Source: Acidimicrobiaceae bacterium | GTDB lineage: Bacteria > Actinomycetota > Acidimicrobiia > Actinomarinales > Actinomarinaceae | Assembly (NCBI GenBank): GCA_028344675.1 | Contig: JAOMBT010000001.1 | Span: forward strand, 14,998-78,997 | Length of the DNA: 64,000 nt | Direction of reading: 5' to 3' | In this document: one piece after another, positions 28,051-42,294 of the stretch | How positions within the stretch are numbered: position 1 is the first letter of the stretch | How the letters are laid out: each line of letters opens with the position of its first letter | Translations under genes and position numbers: made by a program | The notes under the pieces: generated by a model | Database searches by the model: none | Seen by the model: only the letters and a program-made list of their open reading frames with translations | Told to the model about the DNA's origin: nothing

Positions 28051-29307
28051 ATGGTAGTGGAAAAAAATATACATATAAAAGGTAAGAAAAAATTAACTGG
28101 CGAACTATCTATATCTGGTGCAAAAAATGCTGTTTTAAAACAGATGATCCTCCCCATTCTTTCGGAAGGTGATTACAAGATAGACAATGTTCCAGGTATT
28201 GCAGATGTTTACTACATGCAAGAGGTACTGGAAGTTTTAGGTATAAATTCTAAACTTGAGGAAAAAACTTTGACGTTATCTTCACCAGCTGATATATCTA
28301 TAGAAGCCCCTTACGAAGTAGTTCAGAAAATGCGAGCCTCTATTATTGTTTTGGGACCCCTTCTTGCTAGAAAAGGTGAGGCAAAAATAGCATTTCCTGG
28401 AGGTGACCAGCTTGGTCCTAGACCTGTAAAAATGCATATTGAAGCTCTAGAAAAAATGGGTGCAGTTTTTTCACTAGATCACGGGGTACTTACTGGAAAA
28501 ACAGACGGGCTAAAAGGTGTTGAAGTAAACCTTTCGTATGCTTCTGTTGGTGCAACAGAGAATACTTTATTAGCTGCTGTTTTAGCTGAAGGAACTACTG
28601 TAATTGAAAACGCTGCTAGAGAACCAGAAGTTGTTGATCTTGTTAAAATGCTCAAAAATATGGGGGCAGATATTACAGGTGAAGGGACAAGTGAAATACA
28701 AATTAATGGGGTAAGTTCATTAAAGAGTACAGACCACACAGTTATTGGAGATAGGATTGTTGCAGGTACATACTTAGCTGCAATATTGTCGACTGGTGGA
28801 CATGGAAAGATTAATGGAATTAACCCTGAACACCTTCCAATGGAACTCAAGAAATTTGTAGAAATAGGAGCAAAACTTGATACTGGTAACGATTATATTC
28901 AGATAGAGAGCACCGATGATCTATCTTCTATTGATATATCTACACTACCTTTTCCAGGTGTTGCAACAGATTTACAACCTATTTTTGGAGCAGCATTACT
29001 TAGAGCAGAAGGAACCTCAATTATTACAGAGAATGTCTATGACCAACGTTTTCAATGGATACCTGAAGTCCAAAGAATGGGAGCTAATATTCAGATTGGA
29101 TGGCAGCATGCAATGATTAAAGGAGTAAACAATTTGTCTGGAGCACCTGTTCACTCAACTGATATAAGAACAGGAGCTAGTTTGATTATTGCAGCACTAC
29201 AAGCGGATGGAGAATCAATTATCTCTGGTGTTGAACATATTGAGAGAGGGTATGAAAATATTGTTACTCTACTGAGTTCTATTGGTGGTGAAATAGAATA
29301 TAATTAG
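28051..29307 (+). CDS. murA: UDP-N-acetylglucosamine 1-carboxyvinyltransferase
   Basis: It shows full-length MurA similarity (KLTGELSISGAKNA, LGPRPV). I chose the ATG at 28051 as the start. Confidence 0.95.
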   Translation: MVVEKNIHIKGKKKLTGELSISGAKNAVLKQMILPILSEGDYKIDNVPGIADVYYMQEVLEVLGINSKLEEKTLTLSSPADISIEAPYEVVQKMRASIIVLGPLLARKGEAKIAFPGGDQLGPRPVKMHIEALEKMGAVFSLDHGVLTGKTDGLKGVEVNLSYASVGATENTLLAAVLAEGTTVIENAAREPEVVDLVKMLKNMGADITGEGTSEIQINGVSSLKSTDHTVIGDRIVAGTYLAAILSTGGHGKINGINPEHLPMELKKFVEIGAKLDTGNDYIQIESTDDLSSIDISTLPFPGVATDLQPIFGAALLRAEGTSIITENVYDQRFQWIPEVQRMGANIQIGWQHAMIKGVNNLSGAPVHSTDIRTGASLIIAALQADGESIISGVEHIERGYENIVTLLSSIGGEIEYN

Positions 29308-29310
29308 ATT

Positions 29311-29583
29311 ATGGCAAATATTAACCTTCCTGAAGTAAAAGATAGAGATCCAAATGCTGAAATTGATATGGATATTCTTAATGACACAATTGAGTACATT
29401 AGGCCTGCAGTTCAAGCTGATGGTGGTGATATTAAGCTTTCATCAGTTAGTGAAGGCGTTGTCAATATAGAAATGTTAGGGGCTTGTCAAGGTTGTCCTC
29501 TCTCTATTGCAACCTTAAAAAGTGGTATTGAAAGAATTATAAAAGATAAAGTACCTGGCGTAATAGAAGTTATTGCGACTTAA
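29311..29583 (+). CDS. NifU-like (Nfu C-terminal domain) Fe-S cluster carrier
   Basis: It has ADGGDI and the GACQGCPLS CxxC motif. Length is 90 aa. Confidence 0.8.
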   Translation: MANINLPEVKDRDPNAEIDMDILNDTIEYIRPAVQADGGDIKLSSVSEGVVNIEMLGACQGCPLSIATLKSGIERIIKDKVPGVIEVIAT

Positions 29584-29587
29584 TTAA

Positions 29588-30202
29588 CTAATTATTTACT
29601 TCCGTAGTATAAAAATTTAGACCAATTAGTAAACCATTATCAACTAAAGGTTCAATTATATACCTCACTCCATTGAGAGTTAAACTTCCTCCGATTTGCT
29701 CAGGTAGGGAAACATTATCGTACAAACCTAGTTTGCTTAGCACTGATTCTCTTCCATCTTTGTCTAAAGAGTCATCAGCCATTGCAATCAGCACCAGAAA
29801 AAACAACTTTGTTCTTTGCGAGGAAATGTCGTCATTAACAACAGGTGAGAAAAATTCGACACTGTTAACGTTCTCCTCCTGAACTAATAGGTTTATCACA
29901 AAAGAAGTACTTGTATTTTCTGATTTTCCAAATTGGTAAAAAAGTGCAGTTCTCTCTGGTGACGTCCACCTTACATTATCTGGATTAATAGAAAAGAATA
30001 ATAATGTTTCATCATCATTAGAAATTTCTGATATTAACTTATTCCAATTTGCAACATATTCAGAGCTTGACTTTGTTAATCCTTTAGTAAATTGTATTAC
30101 TTCATTAATTTCTTCATTTTCAATATCTGAAGTATTGTTTTCATTTGTTGAGCTGCAACCTATTAGAAGTGAAAATATAATAACTATATGTAATTTTTTC
30201 AT
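29588..30202 (-). CDS. Hypothetical lipoprotein
   Basis: It has a signal peptide plus the lipobox LLIGCSS. I recognise no family. Confidence 0.55.
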   Translation of the reverse strand: MKKLHIVIIFSLLIGCSSTNENNTSDIENEEINEVIQFTKGLTKSSSEYVANWNKLISEISNDDETLLFFSINPDNVRWTSPERTALFYQFGKSENTSTSFVINLLVQEENVNSVEFFSPVVNDDISSQRTKLFFLVLIAMADDSLDKDGRESVLSKLGLYDNVSLPEQIGGSLTLNGVRYIIEPLVDNGLLIGLNFYTTEVNN

Positions 30203-30636
30203 TCAATAATTTCTTTTAAATTTTTAAGATTTTTTTTCCAAATATACTTTAATATTACCCCACCAAAGATTTCACCTATTGGTCCTCCTAAATAAAATGG
30301 AAATTTTAATGTTTCTACCCATTGAAATTTAGTTTTGTTATCGTCTATTTCAGATAAGTAGAATACTCCCTCTCCAGTTACAATTCCTTCATGTACTACA
30401 CCAATACTTTCTTTCTCTTTCCATTCAGTAACAGTGATGATGTCTGTAAGGGTAATTGGACCAACTTTTGTTAAAACATTCATTTTTGTATCTAGGCCAG
30501 AATTGTTTTCAGAGAGAATGTCAATTTTAACAGCATCTTCCATCCACTTAACATGGTCTTCCATGACTTTTACCTCATTCCATACAGCATCAAGAGGCTT
30601 ATTTATCAATATAGAAACTTCAATTCTTTTACTCAT
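30199..30636 (-). CDS. SRPBCC (START/polyketide-cyclase-like) domain protein
   Basis: It is about 145 aa with an SRPBCC-like pattern (VSILINKPLDAVW, TEW, a C-terminal helix). It overlaps the lipoprotein gene by 4 nt. Confidence 0.6.
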   Translation of the reverse strand: MSKRIEVSILINKPLDAVWNEVKVMEDHVKWMEDAVKIDILSENNSGLDTKMNVLTKVGPITLTDIITVTEWKEKESIGVVHEGIVTGEGVFYLSEIDDNKTKFQWVETLKFPFYLGGPIGEIFGGVILKYIWKKNLKNLKEIIE

Positions 30637-30677
30637 TGCTTGTTAAACAATATTAGTTCATAAGTAAAATAAATATT

Positions 30678-31822
30678 ATGAAAGAACTTGAATATTTATA
30701 CTTAGATCACGCAGCAACTACACCTATGCGCGAATCTGCATTTGAAGCATTTAAGCATGCTGAGGAAGTTGCATTTGCTAATTCTTCAGGGGGCCATCAA
30801 TTATCAAGAAGAGCTAAAAACTTACTAGAAGAATCAAGAGATTTCATAGCTAGTACATTTGGTGCTGCACCAAAAGAAATTACTTTTACAAGCGGAGGTA
30901 CAGAAGCTGATAATTGGATTATAAAAGCGCCCTTCCTAAATAGTGTGCCAATTGATAGAGGATTAGTTACAACTCAAATAGAACATGAAGCAGTTTTAAG
31001 TTCAGCTGAATGGATAAAAGAAAAAGGATTTACAGTTAGCTTTGTGGGTGTTGACAAGGATGGAGTAGTAGATGTAGAAGAATTCATAGAATCTTGTAAT
31101 AAGGAAACACTTGTAGCATCTTTAATGTTTGCAAATAATGAAACTGGGGTTATACAACCTATAAATGAAATTTTAAAAAAGATAAAAGATGTAAATCCTG
31201 AAATTTTATTTCATTCAGATGTTGTACAAGCAGTTGCTAGTGAAAAATTAGATTTTCATAAATTAGGCATAGACAGTGCAGCTATTTCAGGCCATAAAAT
31301 TGGTGGACCTAAGGGGATAGGCGTAATGTTTCTTAGTTCAAAATATAAACTTCCTAATTATTTTCATGGGGGGAAGCAAGAGCTTGAAAGACGAGCTGGA
31401 ACAGTTAATGTTTCTGGAGTAGCAGGATTGGCAGCAGCATTAAAAGAACAACAAGAAAATTTGAGTGAAGAAAAAATATTATTAGAAAGAGAAAGAAAAA
31501 TTTTTGAAGATACACTTAAAGAAAAATTGCAGATAACAATAGTAGGAGAGAATATAAAACGTCTAAGTCATATTTCAAATATACAGTTCAAAGACATCAA
31601 TTCAGAAACTTTGATGGTTGCATTGGACCTCAAAGGTCTTGGAGTGTCAAGAGGATCAGCTTGTGCAAGCGGTGCTCAAAAACCCTCTCATGTTTTAAAA
31701 GCTATGAAGATTGACATTGATGATATAAACAGTCATTTAAGGTTCAGTTTTGGCTGGAGTACTAAAGATGGAGATGGTTTGAACGCTGCAAATATCGTTC
31801 TATCTACTATTAAGGATATTTT

Positions 31823-31826
<4 letters not shown>
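30678..31826 (+). CDS. iscS: Cysteine desulfurase (NifS/IscS family)
   Basis: It has the PLP-Lys motif SGHKIGGPKG and the active-site loop SRGSACASG. Confidence 0.85.
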
Positions 31827-35355
<3,529 letters not shown>

Positions 35356-35393
35356 ACATTAGAATGATATCTAAGAAATAAAAAGAGACCAAT

Positions 35394-36206
35394 ATGAATT
35401 TAAAAAATTTACAAGAAAAAATTCTTAATATAGACAGCACAAATATAAATGAATCAGATATTAAGGACATAGAGGAGACTGTTGCTGCATTAGATAGAGG
35501 CGAAATAAGAGTTGCCGAAGAATCAAATGGTGAGTGGGTAATTAATGAATGGGTTAGAGATGCAGTTCTCCTATTTTTCTCTATAAGAAATTTAAAAGAA
35601 ATTGAAAGTGGTGACTTGCTTTTTTATGACAAGCTTGAACCAAAAAAGAATTATGAAGAACTCAAGATTAGAGTAGTTCCTCCAGGAGTTGTCAGGTATG
35701 GTGCATTTTGTGAACCTGGTGTAGTAGTAATGCCTGGATTTGTAAATATTGGAGCTTATGTTGGATCAGGTACGATGGTTGATACTTGGGCAACTGTAGG
35801 ATCTTGTGCACAGATTGGAAAAAATGTACATTTATCTGGAGGAGTTGGAATTGGTGGAGTTTTAGAACCACCTGGAGCCATGCCAGTAGTGATTGAAGAT
35901 GGTGCTTTTATTGGTTCACGTTCAATAATTGTAGAAGGAGTAAGGATTAGAAAAGGGGCAGTTCTCGGGGCTAATGTAACAATCACTGCGTCTACTCCAA
36001 TAATTGATGTAACTAATGAAAAGCCTATAGAAATTAAAGGAGAGGTGCCAGAAAATTCTGTAGTTATTCCAGGTACCAGACCAAAAGAATTTCCAAGCGG
36101 AATTTTTAACACCCCCTGTGCTCTTATTATTGGAAAGCGCAAAGACTCAACTGATCAGAAAACTTCTCTTAATGAAGCTCTTAGAACTTTTGGGGTTGAC
36201 GTTTGA
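35394..36206 (+). CDS. dapD: Tetrahydrodipicolinate N-succinyltransferase
   Basis: It is very close to the E. coli-type DapD core (VNIGAYVGSGTMVDTWATVGSCAQIGKNVHLSGGVGIGGVLEP). Confidence 0.93.
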   Translation: MNLKNLQEKILNIDSTNINESDIKDIEETVAALDRGEIRVAEESNGEWVINEWVRDAVLLFFSIRNLKEIESGDLLFYDKLEPKKNYEELKIRVVPPGVVRYGAFCEPGVVVMPGFVNIGAYVGSGTMVDTWATVGSCAQIGKNVHLSGGVGIGGVLEPPGAMPVVIEDGAFIGSRSIIVEGVRIRKGAVLGANVTITASTPIIDVTNEKPIEIKGEVPENSVVIPGTRPKEFPSGIFNTPCALIIGKRKDSTDQKTSLNEALRTFGVDV

Positions 36207-37243
36207 ACTTAGTTGGTACTTTAGAAGATTTAATTTCAATTAATTCAGTAACTGGTGATGAGCAATCAATTCTTAATTTTATTGAAGATTTTTTAATCAA
36301 AAATAAATTTAATGGTGAGGTTGTTAGAAATGATGGAGGAATTATAGCAATTCCTAACAATTCATCAAAAAGGGTAGCTTTAGTTGGACATGTTGATACA
36401 GTTCCAGTTTCAGAAACTCAAATCAATTCATCAGATAATGATGATCTTGTTGTCGGAAGAGGCACTGTTGATATGAAAGGTGGGGTCGCTGTAATACTTC
36501 ATGCATTAATTAATGAAGGAAAAAATATACTAGGAGTATTTTATACAGCAGAAGAAGGCCCATATGAGGAAAATGGGTTAGGAATATTGATGCCAATTTT
36601 GCTTTCATACTCTGAGCTTGAATTTGCAATAATTATGGAACCCACGAATAATCAAATTGAACTCGGATGCTTAGGTGCACTAAACGCAACCTTACAAATG
36701 AATGGAACTGCTGCTCATTCAGCTAGACCATGGGTTGGAAAGAATCCAATCTATGATATTTCAAAAGTCACTGAGGTAGTTTTAGAGAATGAAATTCTTG
36801 ACCTTAATATTGAAGGGCTGAATTACAAACAAGTACTTTCAATAACTAAACTATCTGCAGGAATTGCTAATAATGTTATTCCTGGAAGTTTGACTATGAA
36901 TATTAATTTTCGATATTCACCTGAAATGGATGGTCATCAAGCTAAGGAAGCTATAAAAAGTTTGTTTTCTAAATATGGAGATATCACATTTTTATCAGCT
37001 TCTAATGGTGCAATGCCGAATACCAAAGATACCCATATTTCCGATTTTATTACAAAAACTAAATTAGAAGCAAAACCAAAACAAGCTTGGACTGATATTG
37101 CTCGATTCTATGATGCTCAATTGGCATCTTTAAATTTTGGCCCAGGTGACCCATTATTAGCTCATACTTCCGATGAAAGAATTAGTAAAAAACAACTAGT
37201 AGAATCATATGAATTGCTGATACGTTATTTAAAGGATATATAA
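36203..37243 (+). CDS. dapE: Succinyl-diaminopimelate desuccinylase (M20 family)
   Basis: It has the M20 motifs (LVGHVDTVP, GRGTVDMKGG). It is coupled to dapD by a 4-nt overlap and has a TTG start. Confidence 0.75.
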   Translation: MNLVGTLEDLISINSVTGDEQSILNFIEDFLIKNKFNGEVVRNDGGIIAIPNNSSKRVALVGHVDTVPVSETQINSSDNDDLVVGRGTVDMKGGVAVILHALINEGKNILGVFYTAEEGPYEENGLGILMPILLSYSELEFAIIMEPTNNQIELGCLGALNATLQMNGTAAHSARPWVGKNPIYDISKVTEVVLENEILDLNIEGLNYKQVLSITKLSAGIANNVIPGSLTMNINFRYSPEMDGHQAKEAIKSLFSKYGDITFLSASNGAMPNTKDTHISDFITKTKLEAKPKQAWTDIARFYDAQLASLNFGPGDPLLAHTSDERISKKQLVESYELLIRYLKDI

Positions 37244-37530
37244 TGAGCGATTTTGATATTAAAAGCATTGCTAAATTAGCCTCTATTAAATTGAGTGAGG
37301 ATGAGCAAGAAAAATTAACTAATGATTTAAGTATTATCCTCGAGCACGTACAGGCTTTAAGTAGTCTCGAATTAGATACCAACATTGAAGATGTATTTAT
37401 ACACCCATTAGAGAAAGAACTTAAACTAGTTGAAGATATTGAAAATGAATCTTTAACCCATGATGAAGCGTTAAGCAATGCACCAGAATCTAAAGATGGA
37501 AGATTTGTTGTACCGCCTTCAATGGAATAA
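37243..37530 (+). CDS. gatC: Glu/Asp-tRNA amidotransferase subunit C
   Basis: It is 95 aa with a GatC-like sequence and sits directly upstream of gatA. Confidence 0.9.
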   Translation: MSDFDIKSIAKLASIKLSEDEQEKLTNDLSIILEHVQALSSLELDTNIEDVFIHPLEKELKLVEDIENESLTHDEALSNAPESKDGRFVVPPSME

Positions 37531-37532
37531 TT

Positions 37533-38981
37533 ATGGAACTCAAAAATTTAAGTATAAGACAATTGAATAATTTATTTATAGAGAAGAAAGCTAAACCTAG
37601 TGAGCTTTATTCAGATATTTTTGACACTTCAGCTAATTCAGAATCACTTTTGCACGCACACCTAACTTTATTTGAAGAAAAAAATATAGAAAATGCAAAA
37701 AATTCTGATAATAGATTTGAAAATGGTAAAAGTACAGGATTACTAGATGGAATACCAATCGCTATTAAAGACAATATTAATATTAAAGGCGAACTTACAA
37801 CCTGTTCATCAAAAATGCTATCAAACTACCGCTCACCTTATAACGCAACAGTAATTGAAAAATTAAATAAAGAAAATGTCTTATATACTGGAAAAACTAA
37901 CCTAGATGAATTTGCAATGGGTTCCTCAACTGAAAACTCAGCCTTTGGGCTTACTAAGAACCCATGGAATACAGATTATGTACCAGGTGGTTCATCTGGT
38001 GGATCAGCAGCATCAGTTTCTGCCCGATCTGCAATTGGAGCCTTAGGTAGTGATACGGGTGGATCTATAAGACAACCTGCGGCATTCTGCGGTCTTGTTG
38101 GTTTCAAACCGACTTATGGAACCGTTTCTCGATATGGATTAATAGCCTTTGCATCATCTCTTGATCAAATTGGACCTATCACAAAAAATGTTGATGATGC
38201 CAGAATTATATATAATTCTATTTCTGGTCACGACTCACTAGATGCTACTTCAATTGACAGCAAGCAAATAAAAATTCCATTTGATAAATCTGCAAAGATC
38301 GGAGTTATAAAAGAGTTAATGGAGGATGGGATTTCAGATGAATCTCGTAATGAAGTAAATAAGGTTTTACAAGGCCTAAAAGAGCAAGGATATCAGATAA
38401 AAGAAGTATCCCTTCCGTTAATAAAATTATCAATCAGTATTTATTATTTAATAGCACCTGCAGAATGCTCAGCAAATTTAGCAAGATTTGATGGTGTTAG
38501 ATATGGGTTAAGAGTTGAAGGAAAAACTAGTTATGAAATGATGCAAAATACTCGAGCAGAAGGTTTTGGCGATGAGGTTAAAAGAAGAATCCTTCTTGGT
38601 ACATATGCATTGTCCGCTGGATACTATGACGAATACTACGGAAAAGCTCTTCGTGCTCGCAAAAAAATGATTGATGAATTTTCAAATATTTTTAATGATG
38701 TAGATTTTCTCATTTCTCCTACCACACCTACAGCAGCATTTAAAGCAGGTGAAAAGACCAGTAATCCACTTGAAATGTACATGTCCGACTTATGCACAAT
38801 ACCTGCAAACTTGGCTGGCTTACCATCAATAAGCATTCCTACAGGATTAAGTAACGAAAATCTTCCCTTGGGCGTTCAAGTAATGAGTAAACCGTTAACC
38901 GATTTGTCATTGTTAAGTTTTTCTGAAATTATTGAAAAGGAAGTAGATTTCAATGCTACCCCTGAAGGCTTTGGTAAATAA
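37533..38981 (+). CDS. gatA: Glu/Asp-tRNA amidotransferase subunit A
   Basis: It carries the amidase signature GGSSGGSAASV and GSDTGGSIRQPA. Confidence 0.95.
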   Translation: MELKNLSIRQLNNLFIEKKAKPSELYSDIFDTSANSESLLHAHLTLFEEKNIENAKNSDNRFENGKSTGLLDGIPIAIKDNINIKGELTTCSSKMLSNYRSPYNATVIEKLNKENVLYTGKTNLDEFAMGSSTENSAFGLTKNPWNTDYVPGGSSGGSAASVSARSAIGALGSDTGGSIRQPAAFCGLVGFKPTYGTVSRYGLIAFASSLDQIGPITKNVDDARIIYNSISGHDSLDATSIDSKQIKIPFDKSAKIGVIKELMEDGISDESRNEVNKVLQGLKEQGYQIKEVSLPLIKLSISIYYLIAPAECSANLARFDGVRYGLRVEGKTSYEMMQNTRAEGFGDEVKRRILLGTYALSAGYYDEYYGKALRARKKMIDEFSNIFNDVDFLISPTTPTAAFKAGEKTSNPLEMYMSDLCTIPANLAGLPSISIPTGLSNENLPLGVQVMSKPLTDLSLLSFSEIIEKEVDFNATPEGFGK

Positions 38982-40426
38982 TGAACTTAAAGCCAACAAT
39001 AGGAATTGAAACCCATATTGAACTCAACACCAATACCAAGATGTTTTGTAGATGCAAAGTAGTTGTCACTGAAGAACCAAATATTAGCTTATGTCCTACA
39101 TGTATAGGTCTCCCTGGTGCGTTACCAGTGCCAAATGGAAAAGCTATAGAGTACATAACACTTTTGTCATTGGCTACTGGGTGCAAAATAACTAGAAAAG
39201 GAATGTTCCATAGAAAAAATTATTTCTATCCTGATCTTCCTAAAAATTATCAAATATCGCAATTTGATCTACCTGTAGGAGAAAGTGGTGAGTTAGAAAT
39301 TATTCTTGATGGAAAGATAGATTCTGTTGAAATTGAAAGAGTTCATATGGAAGAGGACACTGGTAAGTCAACTCATAGTGGAACTGGAAGAATTGATTCA
39401 GCTACAAGTACTGCATTAGATTTTAACCGCTCAGGTGTTCCACTTGTAGAAATAGTCACAAAACCTGTAATTAAATCTGCAAAAGAAGCAGTAGCTTATA
39501 TTGAAGAACTAAGACAGTTGTCCATTGATTTAAATATAAGTGAAGGAAAATTAGAAAAAGGAAATTTAAGATTTGATGCAAATATTTCAGTTGCACCTCA
39601 GGACTCAAATGAGCTTGGCACAAAAGTTGAAATTAAGAATATGAATTCACTTAGGTCATTAGAAAGAGCAATAGATTATGAAATATCACGACAAACTAAG
39701 GCATTTTTAGATGGAGAAGAAATTATTCAAGAAACAAGGCATTGGGATGAAGCAAAAGAATTAACTTCATCAATGAGATCAAAAGAGGGAAGTGCTGACT
39801 ATCGTTATTTCTCCGATCCAGATCTTCCAAATATGATTTTAAGTGAAAAGTTTATTGAAGATATAGAAAAAAATCTTCCTAAATTACCAAATGAGAAAAG
39901 AAGTGAACTTATGGACACGGGCTTAGCTTTAGAACAGGCCAATATATTAGGAAAAAGTGATAGTTGGATCATAGAACTTTATTCCGAAGTTTTTGATAAA
40001 ACAAAAGAGCACTCAAGTACTTACAATTGGATTACAGGAGAACTTCAAGGACAAATGAGAAAATTAGATATTAATTTTCCTCCTGAATGGTTTTCTGCTG
40101 AACTTCTTTCAGAAATTATAGGGTTAATAAAAGAAAATAAAATTTCCTTTACATCGGGAAAAACAATTTTGTCTGAAATATTACAGAAAAATATTACAGT
40201 AGATGAAATTGCAACTGAGAATGATTTGTACCAAGAAAATAATGAAGAGAAAATAGTTGAACTTGTTAAAAAGGTTATAAACGATAGTGAAGATATAGTT
40301 CAAAGAATAAAAGACGGTGAAGATAAGTTAGTTGGATTCTTAGTCGGGCAAGTAATAAAAAACTCTGGTGGTTCTGTTAACCCCGGCATTGCGAAAGAAC
40401 TGCTTTCTAAAGAGTTAGATTTATAA
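38981..40426 (+). CDS. gatB: Glu/Asp-tRNA amidotransferase subunit B
   Basis: It shows full-length GatB similarity (IGIETHIEL, RVHMEEDTGK, a C-terminal GatB/YqeY domain). Confidence 0.95.
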   Translation: MNLKPTIGIETHIELNTNTKMFCRCKVVVTEEPNISLCPTCIGLPGALPVPNGKAIEYITLLSLATGCKITRKGMFHRKNYFYPDLPKNYQISQFDLPVGESGELEIILDGKIDSVEIERVHMEEDTGKSTHSGTGRIDSATSTALDFNRSGVPLVEIVTKPVIKSAKEAVAYIEELRQLSIDLNISEGKLEKGNLRFDANISVAPQDSNELGTKVEIKNMNSLRSLERAIDYEISRQTKAFLDGEEIIQETRHWDEAKELTSSMRSKEGSADYRYFSDPDLPNMILSEKFIEDIEKNLPKLPNEKRSELMDTGLALEQANILGKSDSWIIELYSEVFDKTKEHSSTYNWITGELQGQMRKLDINFPPEWFSAELLSEIIGLIKENKISFTSGKTILSEILQKNITVDEIATENDLYQENNEEKIVELVKKVINDSEDIVQRIKDGEDKLVGFLVGQVIKNSGGSVNPGIAKELLSKELDL

Positions 40427-40868
40427 ACTGATTAACAATTGTTGCAGATAGTAAACCCATCAATCCAGCACCTAGGTCATCATAGAGTACACCAAGTTTA
40501 CCTGGATAGTCTTCAAGGTCTTTGACAAACTTAGGTTGTTTAAGGATATCACTAAGACGAAAGACAATAAAACCTGCAATCAATGGCAGTAATTTTGATG
40601 AAGAGGCTATGGAAACTAAACTCATTCCCACTATTTCATCTAATGTTATCCAACTCGGATCTTCATCTGCATCTTGATCATCAACAGCAAAAATATATAT
40701 TAAAATTAAAACTATAAATAAGATTGATAACTCAAGCACATTGAACTGAAGAAAATAAATTATTAGAGTAAATAAAAGTGGTGCTAATGTTCCACCACCT
40801 TTTTTATTGCCAAACACTGAATTCCATACGATTCCGACACCAAAACCTGAGGCAATAAATCTTTTCAC
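40407..40868 (-). CDS. pgpA: Phosphatidylglycerophosphatase A
   Basis: It has the PgpA motifs DEIVGM, FIVFRLSDILKQP and DDLGAG. Confidence 0.78.
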   Translation of the reverse strand: MKRFIASGFGVGIVWNSVFGNKKGGGTLAPLLFTLIIYFLQFNVLELSILFIVLILIYIFAVDDQDADEDPSWITLDEIVGMSLVSIASSSKLLPLIAGFIVFRLSDILKQPKFVKDLEDYPGKLGVLYDDLGAGLMGLLSATIVNQFINLTL

Positions 40869-40918
40869 AGTTGAATAATAGTATTTTTTATAGCTTCATT
40901 TATAAAAAGGTGTAGTAT

Positions 40919-41848
40919 TTGTTATTAATAATGGAAAAATCAGATTATATATGGCTTAATGGTGAATTTGTTAATTGGGATGATGCGAATGTCAGTGTTA
41001 TGTCACATACGTTGCATTATGGAACAGGTGTATTTGAGGGTATTAGGGCTCGAGACTCTGAAATAGGAACATCGATATTTCGTTTAACTGACCACGTTAA
41101 TAGACTCTTTGAATCAGCAGATGCTTATAGTCTTCCTATTCCTTATGAAAAAGAAGAAATCACACAAGCAATTAAAGATTCGGTAAATCTTAATAAACTA
41201 TCATCAGCATATATCAGACCACTTGTATTTTTTGGCGAAGGAGAAATGGGGCTTTTACCGCAAAACGTTCCAGTTTATGTATCTGTCGCAGCTTGGAGTT
41301 GGGGTGCGTACCTTGGTGATGATGCTGGAAATAAAGGTGTTAGAGTTTGCATATCTAATTGGAAAAGGATTAGCCCTCAGAGTTTTAAGCCATATGCAAA
41401 AGGAGTAGGTGGTTATATGAATTCAACTTTAGCAAAAATAGATGCTGTAAATAGTGGTTATGATGATGCAATTATGCTTGGAGATAATGATGTAGTTGCA
41501 GAGGGTAGTGGTCAAAATTTATTTTTAATTAATGATAAAAAAATAATAACACCACCAATTGAAACAGGTGCACTTGGTGGAATTACAAGAAAAACAGTAA
41601 TAGAGATAGCACGGTCATTGAGTATTCCTCTAGAAGAAAAAAACATAACTATCGATGATTTAAAAAATGCTGACGAACTCTTTTTTACAGGTACTGCTAC
41701 CGAAGTTGTTGGTGTTGTTTCAGTAGACGGTGATGAAATTGGATCTGGTTCTCCTGGAGATATCACTAATATGATAAGAGATAAATATTTAAAAATTGTC
41801 AATGGTATAGATAGTGACTATCACCATTACCTAACAGTAGTCTCATGA
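40919..41848 (+). CDS. ilvE: Branched-chain amino acid aminotransferase
   Basis: It is a class IV aminotransferase (HTLHYGTGVFEGIRA, GGYMNS, EGSGQNLF, TGTA). The start is TTG 40919 or ATG 40931. Confidence 0.9.
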   Translation: MLLIMEKSDYIWLNGEFVNWDDANVSVMSHTLHYGTGVFEGIRARDSEIGTSIFRLTDHVNRLFESADAYSLPIPYEKEEITQAIKDSVNLNKLSSAYIRPLVFFGEGEMGLLPQNVPVYVSVAAWSWGAYLGDDAGNKGVRVCISNWKRISPQSFKPYAKGVGGYMNSTLAKIDAVNSGYDDAIMLGDNDVVAEGSGQNLFLINDKKIITPPIETGALGGITRKTVIEIARSLSIPLEEKNITIDDLKNADELFFTGTATEVVGVVSVDGDEIGSGSPGDITNMIRDKYLKIVNGIDSDYHHYLTVVS

Positions 41849-42261
41849 CCCAACAGCCAAATATTATTCCAGACACTCAAGGATTAAAACAAGAGATAAA
41901 TATGCCAGTACCAAGATCTTTAGGGGCAGACAACACTTCGGAACTAGTCTCTCCATCAGATGAAGTATTCTCAATACCAAGTCCTGATAGTGGCTATGCT
42001 TTAAAGCTTATTAAGCAGTTTCAACATTTATGGATTAAGCATTACAAGAGAAAATTAATATCTAAAGTAATTACTAATATGGTCATTTATCAAGCATCTG
42101 TATCAGGAAGAGCGCCTACAAAAAGTGATGTAATTAAAGTTATTGAAACTTTAGAAATTTCTGAGAATGATTTAGGTAAATTAGACAAAGACACACTTAA
42201 TATTTGTAGTAGCGAAAAAATTCATGGGTTACATTTAGCAGAATTATTTAATTCTAATTAA
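41845..42261 (+). CDS. Hypothetical protein (138 aa)
   Basis: It has an ATGA overlap with ilvE. I recognise no motif. Confidence 0.45.
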   Translation: MTQQPNIIPDTQGLKQEINMPVPRSLGADNTSELVSPSDEVFSIPSPDSGYALKLIKQFQHLWIKHYKRKLISKVITNMVIYQASVSGRAPTKSDVIKVIETLEISENDLGKLDKDTLNICSSEKIHGLHLAELFNSN

Positions 42262-42294
42262 TAAGATAAAATATAAGACTTTTACACTTATTTA

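Noticed and set aside
27991-28157. An apparent 167-nt head-to-head overlap of the pgl and murA ORFs.
   Set aside because: It is an artefact of taking the longest ORFs. Homology places the real starts at ATG 28016 (pgl, MLDTLKICKE...) and ATG 28051 (murA, MVVEKNIHIKG...), which leaves a 34-nt divergent spacer.
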